Assembly (NCBI RefSeq): GCF_009914755.1
Contig: NC_060944.1
DNA: 64,000 nt
Origin: the human T2T-CHM13v2.0 reference genome, Homo sapiens
Reading direction: 5' to 3' (one strand)
How positions within the stretch are numbered: the stretch's first letter is position 1; the number at the start of each line of letters is the position of its first letter. A program made the translations under genes and the position numbers. The notes below the pieces were generated by a model, which was not told the DNA's origin, did not search any database, and saw only the letters and a program-made list of their open reading frames with translations. This document shows positions 1 to 13,630 of the stretch, in pieces.

Positions 1-319
1 CTGAAGTGTAACCTCAAAGACAGTTTTTAAAAGGGGACTGAAAGAACCACAGCCCCCCATCCATTGTGGTTTGACTAATCCAGCTTACAAAGCTACAGTG
101 TGCCCATGTGTGGCTGTGTCCCCAGCAACCAGCAGTGTTTCTCAGCCCCTTTTGGGGGAAGGGTGAGCATTTCCACCAACAAGAGGAGTCTGGGCCCATG
201 ACCACACTCGAGAGCTTTTATGCTGTAAAAGAACCCTGCATGCCTTCTGTGTCCGATAGATAAGTCGAGGCTCACCAGGCCATTCAAACTCTGCCCATCT
301 CATTCATGTTACATGATGA

Positions 320-440
320 GGAACTGCAAACCAAGTGCACTTTGAGGACAGGAGTTGTCTCAAGTTCATCTGCATCCCCAAAATAAAGCCCAGTGTCTGG
401 CAGTCACCCCAGTGTCAATCAACTCCTGTTGACTGAACAA
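320..440 (+). mobile_element. L2 3' end fragment
   Basis: TGAGGACAGG..TGTCT..TTCATCTGCATCCCCA..CAGTGTCTGGCA..TGTTGACTGAA. Confidence 0.55.
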
Positions 441-1003
441 ACCAGTAGATGGTCTTGCTTGTCAGTGGCAGGTCTCCTTCAAAAGCGAAGCATTGTTCTT
501 GTTCTCACACGGGCTGTGGAACTTTCTCTTTCCTCCTCCACAGAAAGCTGCTCTGCTGTCCCTTAGCATGTAGCAGGTCTCTGAGGATGGTGTGGCATTC
601 TCCCAGGCTTCTAACAGGCCCATGCCATGCTCAGTGACTGACTACCCCTAAGTTGAAAGATCAGTGCATTCAGAGAGTCATAGAGTACCAGTTGTCTTAG
701 CCTTTCATGGCTAACACACCTCCACATGCTTCCTTCCTGCCAATGTCCACTTAGTTTCACCACCTTCACCAGGAATATCTGACTGTGGGCGAGCCACAGG
801 TTAATTACTCATTGCCCATCTTCCACTTTACCCATTTTGCACACAGCTCTTCTTGGCTTTGTAATTGCTCCATATCTGTATTTACGAGTGAAACTTGCAC
901 CTCTAGACTGGCTTTCCTGACATCTCCTTGAAGTGTTTCATACAGATCTTCTGTTCTCCCTTCTCGCAGTTACAGAATGAAAACCATCCTCTTTTCTCAT
1001 GCT

Positions 1004-1408
1004 GGCTTGGAATGGCTTCCCCAAGGAGCAAACCCCTGAGTGAAGATTCAAGTGTCAGTGGTTTATTTGGGAGGTGATCCCAGGAAGTTTGGTGTGTGAG
1101 TGGGGAAGAGAGACAAGAGAGGGAAAGGAATAAGATTAGCTGTGTGAGTGAGTGAGCAGATTGCTTTTGTGGGCAACCAAAGCTTTCTCCAGCTGGAGAG
1201 CTCTGGGAGACAGTAGGGGAGGGGAAGGCTGTGGGTTTTACCCTCCAGCTCCCATCAGTCATTGGCTGGAGCTGCATCAGGGGCATTAACCCCTAGCTCT
1301 GGTCTGTCCCATTGTCCCACATGTTGGATGAGGAAAGGACCTCGACACTTGCATGAGGACCATGAATGCTTAAGGCACATGGTTGGGACACTGACAGCCC
1401 CAGCTACA
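1004..1408 (-). mobile_element. LTR33-like ERVL solo LTR
   Basis: The minus strand has CTTCCTGGGATCACCTCCCAAATAAACCACT..CTCAGGGGTTTGCTCCTTGGGGAAGCC, the conserved U5/polyA end of the LTR33/LTR41 group. Confidence 0.75.
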
Positions 1409-1444
1409 CTCAGGTTTTGAGAACCTTGAAAGAAAATTTTAAAG

Positions 1445-1640
1445 GGCCTTGGCCTCAATACCCGCTCATTCCAGGGACTTGAACAAGCTGCTGAAACTCA
1501 GTGAGACTCAGTCCTTCCCTCTATCAAAAGGGACTGTTGTGATGCATATTTCATATAGTGGTTGCAAAATCCAGGAAATGCATATGAGGTGCTTAGTGCT
1601 GGCCTGGCTAAGAAAGCACAAATACATTAGATTCATTAAC
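1445..1640 (+). mobile_element. MIR
   Basis: GACTTGAACAAG..CTCAGT..TCTATCAAAAGGG..GTGCTTAG..GCCTGGC, a MIR core and tail. Confidence 0.6.
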
Positions 1641-2794
1641 AATGTTATAATCATACTCGTTTTTTGCTACCTCTTTTGGACTGAAATGTGTTCAGTATGG
1701 TGTGATGAGGTGTCTGCTGCATGCAGCAGAAAGTTGCAGTTCCTAGGAGACAGAGCACTTGGGTGCCTGGCCTTAAGATGAGTGAGCTAAGAGAAGTCAT
1801 TTCACCTCTCTGGGGCTGTTTTCTCCTTTGGACTAGAGGAGAGGTTCTAATCATTGATGATTCTGTGAAATGGTCACTCATACATATAAATATCATATTC
1901 TACATTGTTCTCTTGGCTTCCCAAACCCACTCTTACCCAGCTGAGCCATCCTGCCTTTGGGACTATATTACATCATTACACACACAGCTGCCTGAATTCG
2001 GGGTTAAAAAGTTGTGTCCAGTTTGAGGTGCACTATTGCAGAAACTAGTTGGGGTCTTGCCTACCATGTTGCCTACCTGACATGTGGTGGCATCCTCTGC
2101 CCTAGACTTGGTTCCATGCCCTTGTCTGACAACTAGCCCATTCAGCTCCTGGAACCCTGCTCACAGAGGAGACCAGAACATTCTGTAGACTCCATGTACC
2201 TTATTCTCATGGTTGGGAGGGCAACTCTGTGTGCTGATCTTGCAGAAAGGGGGAAGTTCCCCAAAGACCAGTTGGCTTATCTGAGTCCCCTTGGCCAGTG
2301 AACTCAATCTAAGAGCTGGGTTTCTTGTTCATGAATATTTGGGTCCTGGGACACTGATCCTTACTGGTTTTATTGTCCTCCTGAAAGGCTGAAACAGCAG
2401 AACTGAGTTTAGTAAGCCCAGAAAAATCCAATAGAATTTAACAAATACATATTGACTACCCTATTTAATACAAAACCTCTAAAAATACTTTGGGTTCTTG
2501 ACAGGAACATTATTAATGCTCATTTCTCTCACTGCCCACTGCATGCCTGGACTTATAAAATTTGCTGTGACTGCACAATCATAGAAGTAGTGGTCATTTT
2601 GGAGCACATTCAGGGCATTGCGACAGGAACTTGGGAACCAAATAGTAATGAGAAACAGCCTCTGCCCACGATGAGTTTCCAGTCCAGAGGAAGAAATAGA
2701 TAGTATAGGCAACACTCTCAAGAGAAGGTGCTACATTGCTACGTCCTGGCTTGTCAGTGTGCCCAAAGTATGTTGAAGAAGATATTAAAGTTGT

Positions 2795-3005
2795 GATAAT
2801 AATAACTATTGAGCAGTGACTATGTGCTGGACACCCGTTTTAGCACTTCACACGTACTAGTGCTTAGTTTATACAGCCCTGTGAAGTGTATGAGGCCACA
2901 GCCACCATCTTAGAAAAGGAAATTGAGGCATATCTGGTCTAAGGTTGTCCAGTTGGTAAATGGTGGAGTCACAGTGGAAATTCAGGAGGCTGGCTTTAGA
3001 CTCAA
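2795..3005 (-). mobile_element. MIR
   Basis: TATTGAGCA..CTATGTGCTGGACAC..GGAAATTGAGGCA..GGTAAATGGTGGAG. Confidence 0.7.
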
Positions 3006-3409
3006 CAGAAATTCCATCCCATGAATAGGAGAAGAATCTGGCAGAGATTCAGGAAAATTCACAATGACTCTGACTTCAGCTGGGTGCCTGGAGAAACGGT
3101 GGTCCCACAAGTCTACGAAAGGACTAGTGGGTCTCCAAGCTGGGGGAGAGCAGAGTGAGTCTGATTTGGGATGAGCAGAGTTTGATGTTGGCAGGACAGC
3201 TGGGGAGAGTGTCCAGGGGGATTCCCTGGAGAAGTCATGAAAGCCAGATCAGCATTTCATTCCACCTACAGAGAGCCCGGGGAGTGCTCCCCGAGTGATC
3301 TTCCTACAGAGGGCCCTTTTCTATGGAGTGAGTGCAAGGATTTCCCCTCTTTGGCCCCTCCCCTTAGGGTTCTTCTTTGAGCTCTAGCCTTATAATCTTG
3401 GGCTCTAGA

Positions 3410-4182
3410 CCTAGTGGACACCTCCTTCTGGAAAAGCCATAGGCTTTTCAAATGCTACATGTCCAAACTGACCTCTAGACCCATCTCCCAGACCCAGTCT
3501 TCCTCCCGGGTTCCCACCCTGTGCACACATCTCCACTGCAGAGCCAAGCACTTCTTCCTCTCACCTGGACTCCACCATAGCCCATGTTGCTTCATTGGCC
3601 TCCAATACTCTGTACACATGACAGCCAGAATGATCCTTCAAGAAATTCAGCCTGGTTGTGCACCCCCTTTTTAGAAATGCAAATGGCTTCCCATTGCTCT
3701 AAGGGTGAAGACCAACACTTCAACCTGATCCTCCCAGCCCACCTGGCCCACCTGGCCTGCATTGTCTGGCACCCTCTGCACCTCACCTCACCGTCATTCC
3801 TTATTCTCTTTCCTCAAGCCTCATTCTCCTTCTTCAGCTGTCAACACCATGTTGTCCTCCCTCCCCCAGGCTTCTCTGGGCTTTTCCTCTTCCTGGAACA
3901 GTGGTCCTCCACATCTCCCTACTTTACTCCAAATCTGCTTGCCCCTCTGCCATGTAGGCCAAGGGAATCACAGCCATCCTTGCACAGGTCTTAGACTCTC
4001 TGGGGACATCTTCCTGGTGCTTATCAAGTTGAAACTTTGCATTCATTAGTAAAATTAAATCACCACTTGCTTTCACACTGCATGGTAATCTCTCTTGTGT
4101 CCCCAGTGTCCAGCCATTGGCAGGCACATAACATGTGCTCAGGAAATTTTATTTGAATAAATGAGTGAATGATTCAATGAAT
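3410..4182 (+). mobile_element. L2 LINE 3' portion
   Basis: ACATGTCCAAACTGA, ACAGCCAGAATGATCCTT, AATGGCTTCCCATTGC, and a terminal GGCACATAA..TGCTCA..TGAATAAATGAGTGAATG tail. Confidence 0.8.
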
Positions 4183-5460
4183 GGAGCAAGCCTGAGATAG
4201 CCTCATTTCCTTTCCCATTGGAGGATTGTTCTTTCTTCTGTGAGGACAGAACCTATACCTTGCTGAAATATTCTGGACAGTGAGAACCCTTCTGCTGAGA
4301 TTGTCCTTTAGCTCCTCACTTGGTGGGATCTCAGAGAAGAACTCTTGGAGACAGTTTGAGGACACCACAAGCACACGGTTCAGTCAATAGGAGGCTCTGC
4401 ACCTGTGTGTGCTGAATTCAATTGCAAGGTTTATGATTCAGTGTGAAGACCAGCTTAGCAGATGGGAAGGTGGTGAATCACAAAAATGGCCCATGGTGTT
4501 GCTGTGGTCTTTCCCTTTCAGCACATGATGTAGTCTTGCTGGCTTTGCTCACGTGACAACACACTTTCTATCTCCACTGCAGGGATATAGGCTTGACAGC
4601 AATAAGTAACCTACTAATGATTAGCTTGTTTGCTTGTAATTAATGGCTGCTAAGGCCAGGCACATCAGGGGCAATGATCAGTCCTGATTCATTGATCAAA
4701 CTGTCCCACTGACCATGGACTCCAGAAGGCAGCTGCACTTGGTCACCAATAGTTTTCCTCCTACCCACCCTATCCCTGGGGAAGTTGATACTAACTAACA
4801 ATAGCTTCTTAGCAGATTTTTTACTGAGCTTGGCTTTCCAAAACAACTGGGGTCCCTTTTGAGAAAAGGGACCAAAGAAAGTTATTTGCAATGGAAATAA
4901 ATGGAAAATAAATTTTGACAGCAGCCAGCCTAGGACACTTGACACAGAATTTGGCTATCACATTTCAGTGGATTGTGGGGCTGTGGAGTAATTGTGTGTG
5001 TATGTGGTAACTAAACCTAAATTTAGGGTTTAGAATATTTGGCAAGTTCTTAAGGGTAGGTGGCATTTTCACCAGCTGTGTCTGCTGTTTTTCTTGCCCT
5101 GAGGTTTACTGACATTCCAAATGGAGTTGCCTCCTTTGCTGTGGATACCAGAGTCAGGGCAACTGTGAACAGGAAAAAAGCTACTGGATCTACATGGCCA
5201 GGAGGCTCAGCTAAGGGTCCTGAGGTCTAAGCCTGTGTGGAGTTGCTGTGATAATAGCCCAGCTTCTTGCAACTGTGGGGCCAGGTTGGGTCCGTGCTGC
5301 TGGTTTCTGGCTTTCTTCTTGGGTCACACTGGAAGTCAAAATCCCAGAGTACCAAAGAGAACTGAGGGACCTAAGAACAAATTCTGTGATGAGCTTGAGT
5401 ATCCATGAAAGAGACTTCCAGGAACTGAGGTCTGGCTGGTGTTTAACGGTTAGCTGGAAA

Positions 5461-6420
5461 TAAAAAAATCCAAATAGAATCACCCAGCAATTCCACTTTG
5501 AGATACGTATCCAAAAGAATGTATATATCCAAAAGCAGGGTCTTGAAGAGATATTTGCACACCTATGTTAATGGGAGCATTAGTCACGGTAGCTGAGAGG
5601 TGGACTCAAATGTCCACCAAAAGATAAATGGATAAATAAAATGTGGTAAGGGTTGAGTATCCCTTTTCCCAAATACTTAGGACCAGAAGTATTTTGAATT
5701 TTGGATTTTTTCAAATTTGGGAATATTTGCGTATGCATAATGAGGTATCTTGGAGATGGGGCCCAATTCTAAACATAAAATTCATTTATGTTTTATATGC
5801 ACCTTATACACGTAGCCTAAAGGTTATTTTTTGTAAATTTTTAATAATTTTGAGCCTGAAACAAAGTTTTGATTGCATTTTGACTGCGACCTGTCACATG
5901 AGGTCAGGTGTGAGATTTTCTACTTGTGGCATCATGTTGACACAAAAAATTTTAGATTTGGAAGCATTTCAGATTTCAGATTTTTGGATTAAGGATGCTC
6001 AACTTGTATATCTGTACAAGGAATATTACTCAGTCTTAAAAAGGAAGGAAATTCTGATGTATGTTACACAACGGATGAGCCTTGAAGACATTATGCTAAG
6101 TGAAATAAACCGGTCACAAAAAGGCAAATGCTATATGAGTCCACTTGGGTGAAGTCTCTAGAGTAGTCAAATGCATAGAGACAGAAAGTAGAGTAGGATT
6201 GTCAGGGTCCGGGGGGAGGCAGGAATGGGGAGTTATTCAATGGGTTAAGAGTTTCAGTCTTCCAAGATGAAAATGTTCTGCCTAGTGGCTGCGCAAACAA
6301 CATGAATATACTTTAGACTACTGAGCTGTTCATTTAAAAAGGGTTATGATGAAAAATTTTGTGCTGTGTACATTTTTACCACAATTAAAACGAAAAAATT
6401 AAAACTAACTTTAAAAATAG
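5461..6420 (+). mobile_element. L1MB-type 3' end (interrupted by Tigger4 MITE)
   Basis: CCCAGCAATTCCACT, GAAGACATTATGCTAAGTGAAATAA, ATAGAGACAGAAAGTAGA, and TTTTACCACAATTAAAA terminus. Confidence 0.88.
5649..6006. mobile_element. Tigger4/Zombi-derived MITE (Tigger4b/MER46-like) inserted in L1MB
   Basis: TIRs (A)GGGTTGAGTATCCC...AAGGATGCTCAACTTG with TA duplication at 5647-5648 and 6007-6008. The host L1 sequence resumes on both sides. Confidence 0.88.
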
Positions 6421-6544
6421 GTGTGTATTTTTTCAGGAGACTGAAAGATACTCAGTCTCCTCGGTTATAAGCAAACGTGCAAATTAGTGCTACCCTGGAC
6501 AGCATTTTTCTTGGACCATAGTGGCAGAGGATCAAAAAGCTACA

Positions 6545-7135
6545 TAATTAAATGTGTTGGCAATAGCATGGGACTCAGGCACTCACTCTCATGCATGGCT
6601 GGTGGGTGTGAAATTGGTATAAGCCCTTTGGATAGTATTTTATTTCTGTCAATTTTTTTTAAATGTGCAGCACTTTTACCCATCAATTTCCCTTCTAGGA
6701 ATTTATCTTCTAAATATTCTTGTCCAGATACACAAAGAAGTGTGCATAGGATGATGCTGTAGCCCAGTTTGCCAACACTGGCAGCAGCCTCGTTGTCTGT
6801 CATGGGGCCCTGGGTAAGGGAGTCATTCCTTGACACCCAGTAAGTGAATGAGGCAGCTGGACTGATGAGTCCATGTGGAAAGATTTCCAAGATATGTTAA
6901 GTGAAAATTGCAGTATACATACCACTGTATGTAATTAGCTACTATTTGTGTAAAAACAAAGGAGGCTGTATTTATGCCTAAGTGCACCATTCTCATAGGA
7001 AAACACCTGCTAGGGCCTCGAGAGACTGAGTATCCTGGTTGTATCTGGGCCAGGAGTTGGGCGACTGGGGACTTCATTCCTTCTTATCCTTTTGAAGGCT
7101 ACTTTTTGAAAGCATGTGTTATTTATTTGTAACAA
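6545..7135 (+). mobile_element. Old L1ME-type 3' fragment
   Basis: GCTGGTGGGTGTGAAATTGGTA, CTTCTAGGAATTTATC and CCAAGATATGTTAAGTGAAAA resemble L1ME 3' region motifs. Confidence 0.65.
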
Positions 7136-7794
7136 ATACATGCATATGTAATATATCTATTCAAACATACATACACTTTTTTAGAGTTGGCCTTGATGAT
7201 GAAGGTCCCAGTCATACTGGCCTCACAGCTCCTTGAAGGGCCTCTGATCCACAGCTCCTAAGGACCAAACAACCAAGATTCACACGCTCCCAAAACACAC
7301 CTGCTCCAAGGATCTTACTCACATTGCTAGAATCTCAACAGAAACAAAGTGCCCCCCATGGGAGAAAGAGATCCCCCTCTAGACAACGGGAACAATTACC
7401 CATTGTCTATCATTCTGTTGTCCTGAAAACCTGACTGCCTTCCATTTCTGGGGTTAGCCCAGGTGGTCCATTGAGGGCCTTGGAGGAGGCCATCAGTGGG
7501 CACTGTTACCTGCAAGGGGTCTGGTATAGGTGGGTGCAGGGTCAGCTGCAGTGTGGGGGAGTGGGAGGTAAGTGGGCTGGAGGGTAGGTGGAGGGAATTT
7601 CAGCTCCATCTCATGGCCCTGGCTCAGGTTCACTCACCAGCATGCATGCCCCCACCACATCCCTAGGCTTAGCAAGTCCTTGCTGACCCAGGGAAGGAGA
7701 GTCTCCCTTCTAGTCCATGGTACTAAGTAGGGAAACAGAATTTATAAAGACTAGAAATAAGTATTACCATAGTAAATTCTGTTCCTAAATTGTA

Positions 7795-7990
7795 AGAACA
7801 GAAAAACTGATCACTGTTTGCCAAGGATTAGGAGTTAACTACCAGAGAATTAGGGGGTGATGGAACTGTGGTGTGTCTTGATGGTAACAGTGGTTGAATG
7901 AAGAAATGAAAGCCTTTGCCAAAACTCCTAGAACAGTACACCAAAAGTGGTGAATTTTATTGAATGTATGTTTTAAAAAAGTAAATGAAA
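7795..7990 (+). mobile_element. Old L1M (MD/ME-like) 3' terminal fragment
   Basis: GGGGGTGATGGAACTGT..TCTTGAT..CAAAACTCCTAGAACAGTACACCAAAAG..GAATTTTATTG. Confidence 0.65.
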
Positions 7991-8489
7991 ATTTCCGAAA
8001 GAAAGTATCTGCCTGCTGGTGAGATAAATGAGGAAAATAACTGTTATCATGTGACTAGTGTCAGCTCAGGTTTGGGGGCCATGGCCCCACACCCAACCCA
8101 CAAGCTCAACTTCAGGGACAAAAGTATGTGGTTCTCATTTATCTCCTGTCTCCATACACAGCTCCATCAACAGCACTGACCTCCACTTCATGAGGGTTAT
8201 TTTTGTCTCCTGTTTTATCCTTGTATGTCTCGTCAACCCAATGGCTTAATTTTAGGGACTATAAGTATCTAAGAAAAGAGGTGATGAGGTATGTCTCATG
8301 TTGTGGCTGAAGTGGAAGGATGTGGATTCCACTTATCTTCTGCCAGGCACCCAGACCCTGCAGAATCAATAAAGACGTGCTACTGCATAGGAAGCCTGGG
8401 AATTAAATACATCAGATACTGCTCCCATGGGCTTGGACACAACTTTGGTCAAGTTCTGTCTTTGCCATGGAGCCCTGCTTCTCTGGAGG

Positions 8490-8735
8490 GCAGTTAGAGG
8501 TACAGACATTGGGGCCCGTCAAACCTGGGATTGGATTCTGGTTCCAGGTCCTTGAACACAGTTATTTAAATGCCTTAAACCTCAGCCTGTTTGTTTATAA
8601 AGTGGGGATAATTACTTTATAAGAGTTTGGAAGATCTGTTAGGTGAATGTGGAGTGTCAGCTGTACCCTTATGACTCTTCTTTAGCGTCTCCCATAGAGC
8701 TGAGTGCTCAGAACACAGGAGATGCCAAATTGATG
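8490..8735 (+). mobile_element. MIR
   Basis: ACCTGGGATTGGATTCTGGTTC..CCTTGAACA..AACCTCAG..TATAAAGTGGGGATAAT. Confidence 0.6.
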
Positions 8736-10169
8736 CCTCTTGAATTGAATTAAATGCCCTGTAATATGATAAGGAAGGACTCAGAGGCTGGAGACCCCAT
8801 GCGTTAGGAATCTTTGTTTCCTTCCAAGAGCACAAAGAGACCTCTCTGTTTTCTTACCACCTTCATTCTTTTTCTTTTTCCCTTCATATTTCATTGTTTT
8901 CATATTTACCATTCCATTTTCCTCCCTGTACCTTAACTAAATCTGATTGCCTTTTCCTGTACCAGATCAGTGCTTCTGAATAATAATAATAACAACAATA
9001 GCACTATACAGATTTCCATAGCAAAATGCCTTTTGCCTGATTTGGTAGGAAACCAGGGCTCAGAGGAGACAAATGACACATCTGTGGTCCCCAAGCTAAT
9101 ACATATTTGGTGGACCCAAAGCTCTCTGAAGAACTGAATCCCAGCTTATTGCACAATAATATCAGTACTAGATGATATCAAGAAATTCCATCTTGACTCA
9201 ATCACAGCCACTACACCTAGTCAGTCACTGTGAGCTGAGGTGAAGAAAAAGGTCTGTATGCCACGCTAATATCCCAGTGAATTTACAGAGCAAGCCATAG
9301 CTACTCCATTCTAGAAATATTTGCTGATCCCCAAGATACTGATGCCACTTTGAGGTCATGAAGCTTTATTCCAAGCCTTCTTAAAATGAGGCTTCTTTAT
9401 GATTAGCTGCTGCTTCCATTTTATTGTCAAAATTCCTACAGAGTTTTGTTTTGTTTGGTTTGTCCTGATGAACCAATATATGTGGGTTGTTTTCTTCTTC
9501 AATTTGTGGCCAAATTGAAAGATGTGTCAATGACCATCTCTGCATGTTGATGTTACCACATCCCAAATAGGCCCTTATGGACCTCCTTCCCCAGAAGATT
9601 GATGGGGCTGGTCAAGAGAGACTTTCTCGTACCAAACAAGAAGAGAATTGGCATGCGCTGGGTAGCGCATTTTATTGTTACTGACTCTGGCATTTTCCCC
9701 CCATTGCAGCTATAATCATGGGACCTCAGGCAGTGCTCAGTCCCCTCAGCAGTACTAGGCAGAGGCCAGAGGGCAGGTGCCTTGGAGCAGGGACTTGGCC
9801 CTCTCATCCCAGCTCTGCTTGCCTCTGCGCACATCAGGATTGCACCTCCTCTTGCCTGACTTAATACTTCATAACCTGGACTGACACGTTAGGATGGGAA
9901 TCCTTTATACTGGAAAACAAAACAAACAGGGCAGTGCTTCATTATAGAGCCTCATGTGTGAGGTTCTGTTCTCCCTCAGACCAAGATCTAGGAATTGCCT
10001 TCTAGAAAGAAATGAGAATGAGAGCCCAGCTCCATCCAGCCTAACAACCTTCTGGAGGGATAAAACATGCTGGGACTCTCGACTCTCCATTACTGTCACC
10101 ACCAGGAAATGCTTCAGTTGGAAAATTGGCCAAACTACATTTCAACCTAGTTAACAGTGGGCACAAGTA

Positions 10170-10514
10170 CAGGTTGGGCATCCCTTATCTGAAATACGCA
10201 GGACCAGAAGTGTTTCAGATTTTTTTTTATTTTGAAATATTTGCATATACGTAATGAGATATCTTGTGGGTGGTACCCAATCTAAATACAAAATTTAATT
10301 ATGTTTTATATACACCTTCTACACAGGCCCTGAGGGTAATTTTATACAATTTCTTAATAATTTTGCACATGAAACAAAGTTAGTGTACACTGAACAATCA
10401 GCAAGCAAAAGTGTCACTGTCTCAGCCCACCAATGTGGCATTATGTCACTGATCCAAAGTCAGATTTTGGAGCAGTTGGGATTTGGGATTTTCGGATTAG
10501 GGATGTTCAACCTG
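10170..10514. mobile_element. Tigger4/Zombi-derived MITE (MER46 family)
   Basis: TIRs CAGGTTGGGCATCCCT...AGGGATGTTCAACCTG with TA TSD at 10168-10169 and 10515-10516. The first ~210 bp are homologous to the 5649-6006 element. Confidence 0.88.
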
Positions 10515-13189
10515 TAGATTATTTAAGTTGTATTTACTGAGATCAGTCACAGAGCAGAAACCCGCATACGTCTTCTTTGCTTTTTTCCTTTAATGCACTC
10601 AGGAAAGGAAAGCCACCCTTGGAATTTCTGGGGAAGTCACCTAGCCTAATTCAATCTATACATTCAGAACTCCTACAGCCTATAATTTCTCAAGAGAAAA
10701 GGGTTTTGTCCCATAATAATATGGAGAATTGCTAGACTCTCAATCCCTATCACAGGGATTATCTCAATCCCCTTGTAGGTATGATTGACTCATTGGCTAT
10801 ATGAGGTTTTTATATTCTCAGTGTATGTGGGTTTTCATGTCTTAGAATCCTGAGTTAAGATCACAGGTTTTAATGGCAAGCATCTCATTTTATTGTGTGT
10901 TATTTTATTTTAATTAACATTGCAGGTTAAAGCAGCACATGACTCAAAAGTATAAACATCATAGTAATATATTTGAAGTAGGCTTTGTTTATAGTTGATG
11001 AATCATTTGTTCTTGGTTCACAATTTACATTTACTAAATGCCTGCAATTTGATAAGTACTATTCTAAACATTTTCATATTTCTCTCTTTTATGGATTTGT
11101 TTCCCAATTTACTTTTTCAAATGAGCCCAAGGGCCTTTGGGACATTCCAGTATATGACCAGCCAGGAACTACAATTTGGGGGCACAGAGGGGCTGATCAG
11201 GGGAATTTTAACTGTTGTTGAGAGCTTCCTAGTGGCCCTGAGGATCTGTGGGTCCCGAATTGTCTTTGGAACATCAAAGACAAATTATATATGTTCAGAA
11301 AACAGTTCAGAGCACTGAGTGTACAGTATACCACGTGGCCTTTTTAGTTGATGGCCCATATATTAACCTATGGTGGGTGCCTCTCCCTCTGGAATGTGCC
11401 GTTCTTCACTGTTCTGAATAATGGAGTTGAATGTTGCCCCATTTTCTTTCTGAATCCAGCACTAGATTTAGAGGCTCTGGGTAGGAGGAAGTAGAAACTG
11501 TCTTTGGGAGTGTGGAAAGTTTGTGTCCTTGGTGTATCTGGTTGGGGGGATCCTGAATTGCTCACCTGTTTCTGTGTTTGTAAACTTCCAAATACTCCCC
11601 TGGATCCCACAGATCTTCCTCCTTACTCATTGATGGCCAGATTGGCCATCAGAACTGTTGCCAGTTCATTCAAATTGTCCTTTTGATCCAAGGCCACATG
11701 TCCTCCCATCTTTCACTCTAGATGGTAATGAGATGGAAACCAATCTTGTGCCCAGGGGTAGCATCTCTCCAATACACAGCCCATGGCCCCTAGGGAATTG
11801 AAAAAATGGCTCCTGGTTTATTTTCCCAAAACAGAAACTCTCTCAGGCTCGTGAGAAATCTGGCAGTTGAAAAATGTCTCCTGCCATATACTTCATCCAC
11901 AAAGCCAAGAGAGAGGCAGTCAGCACCCAAGAGTCCCACTGGCCTCCTTTGTTACCGAATCCCCTGACTTTCTGGAGAGAGGGATGCCCAGGAGTTTCCC
12001 AAGTTACCATGTGCATCATTAACCACCTAAAATAGCGGCTTTAGGTGCAGTGGTATTTGAACTACTGAAAAATCCTGACCTGGATGTCTGCTAAATATAG
12101 TAATTATGACTCAGTAATTGATACAGTTAGAGCTATTATTAAGATTGGGATGTTAGGGTGAAGATTTTGCCAAAGACACTCTAGTGTTAAAAAATAAACA
12201 CCATTCCTCAATTTGGTAGTTCCACACCTCAGACCCACCTTCCTGAGGGATGTGGGATTTCATGTGCTCTTGGTACACACATACAAAATCCTGGAGAACT
12301 GCCTAGGGGGCAAATGGGGACTTATATCTCCCATCCTTGCTCTTTGCCATCCCTTGAAGGTTTTAAAAATATGCATCTGTAGCCCTTGCATGGAATGAAT
12401 GGCTGGCTTGCAGGAAACAATTCTTTCTCCCTGCTCCTCCCTCATGGCAATCTGTGCCACTGCCACTTTCTAATCTCTCATTGCTTCTCTGTTTCTTCTC
12501 AGCGAGCAGAAAGTAATTTATTCATATTTTAAAATACGGAACATTCACAAAACTCAACTTTGCCTTTTCCTCTTTTCCCATGCACTAATCACCCAGTTAT
12601 GGCAACAACCATTTGAAGCATGTGAACTTGCCCTTTCATTCCTTGGAGGGGAGGGGTCCTCACTGCCATCCTTGCATTTAGATGCCAGGGATAGCAGCAC
12701 CAACCTTCTTTCCCCAGGTCCCTCACCTGAGCTCGTAGTTGTCCAGAGAGGGGAAGGGCTGTGCACCCCTCCCTGTCCTCTGAATATGCTTCTCATTCCG
12801 GTTCCTCCTGGTCACTGTGTTTCCTGCACATTGAATCCTCCTTCCTTGTTACCTGTCTAGTCTGTAACTAACCTCTTCAAAGATGGTTCTTTCGACATGC
12901 TTGGTTCCCTAGCACCAATCTGTGTTGTCTGCTGTGTTCCTGAGTTGGTTGAACAGAAGTGTCATCTGTCTTCCATGCCCCTTAGCACAATGACCTCAGG
13001 GCAGAAATGACCAACCCTTGTCCTCGATGGACAAAGGTTGCCTGAGCTTCCAGTCACCCTGGCTTAGGCCTTTCCAGGCTCTGTCACCCCAGGCACTGAG
13101 TGGCGCTGCCATCACATTCTGGCACCCCCCATACCTCCTCTACCCTCCTGCTCATGTGTCAGACACCCCTGCCCCTCCTCTGTTCCCAA

Positions 13190-13630
13190 TGAGGATGGGC
13201 TCCCCAGAAGTGCTTTCAAGAGGAGGACTTGTTTGCAAATCACTAAGGACATGCTGGGAAAGGAGTGGGAGAGGAAAGAGGAAGGGAAGGAACCAAATTG
13301 AGGGTGTCTCCCCAGTCAAAACACTGCCCGGGAAGGCTTCATCTTAATCCCACAGGTACTCAGTGTGAATTCTCCCTCCAGGATGTCCCAGCCCTGGGCA
13401 AGGGCGCTGGGCTTGCAAACACCTTCCTCCATCAGTGATTAGTTAAGGGACCTGGGCAGGGCAGCAGTGTCATTATTGCCCATGCTCTTCCAGAAGTGCT
13501 CAAGGGCCCCCCCTTCACCCCTCTTCAAAGAGAAGGTGCATGTGCTGGCTGTTACAAACTGGAGGCACACCGAAGCGGGGTGCAGATGAAAACCAGTGGT
13601 GTGGGCAGATACCCAGGTTGTTCACTGTGC
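13190..13630 (-). mobile_element. Diverged LTR33/41-like ERVL LTR
   Basis: GGGCTCCCCAGAAG..GGACTTGTTTGCAAATCA..AGGAGTGGGAGAG has the same architecture as the other copies but is more decayed. Confidence 0.45.

Noticed and set aside
5643-6152. 169-aa ORF as a transposase or fusion gene
   Set aside because: It is a chance read-through of a non-coding Tigger4 MITE into the L1MB ORF2 end/3'UTR, with no DDD catalytic domain.
7553-7595. G-quadruplex-like G-tract cluster (also the L1 3'UTR G-tract near 59435-59456)
   Set aside because: Such motifs are common and this one has a long loop. The L1 tract is a standard part of the element.
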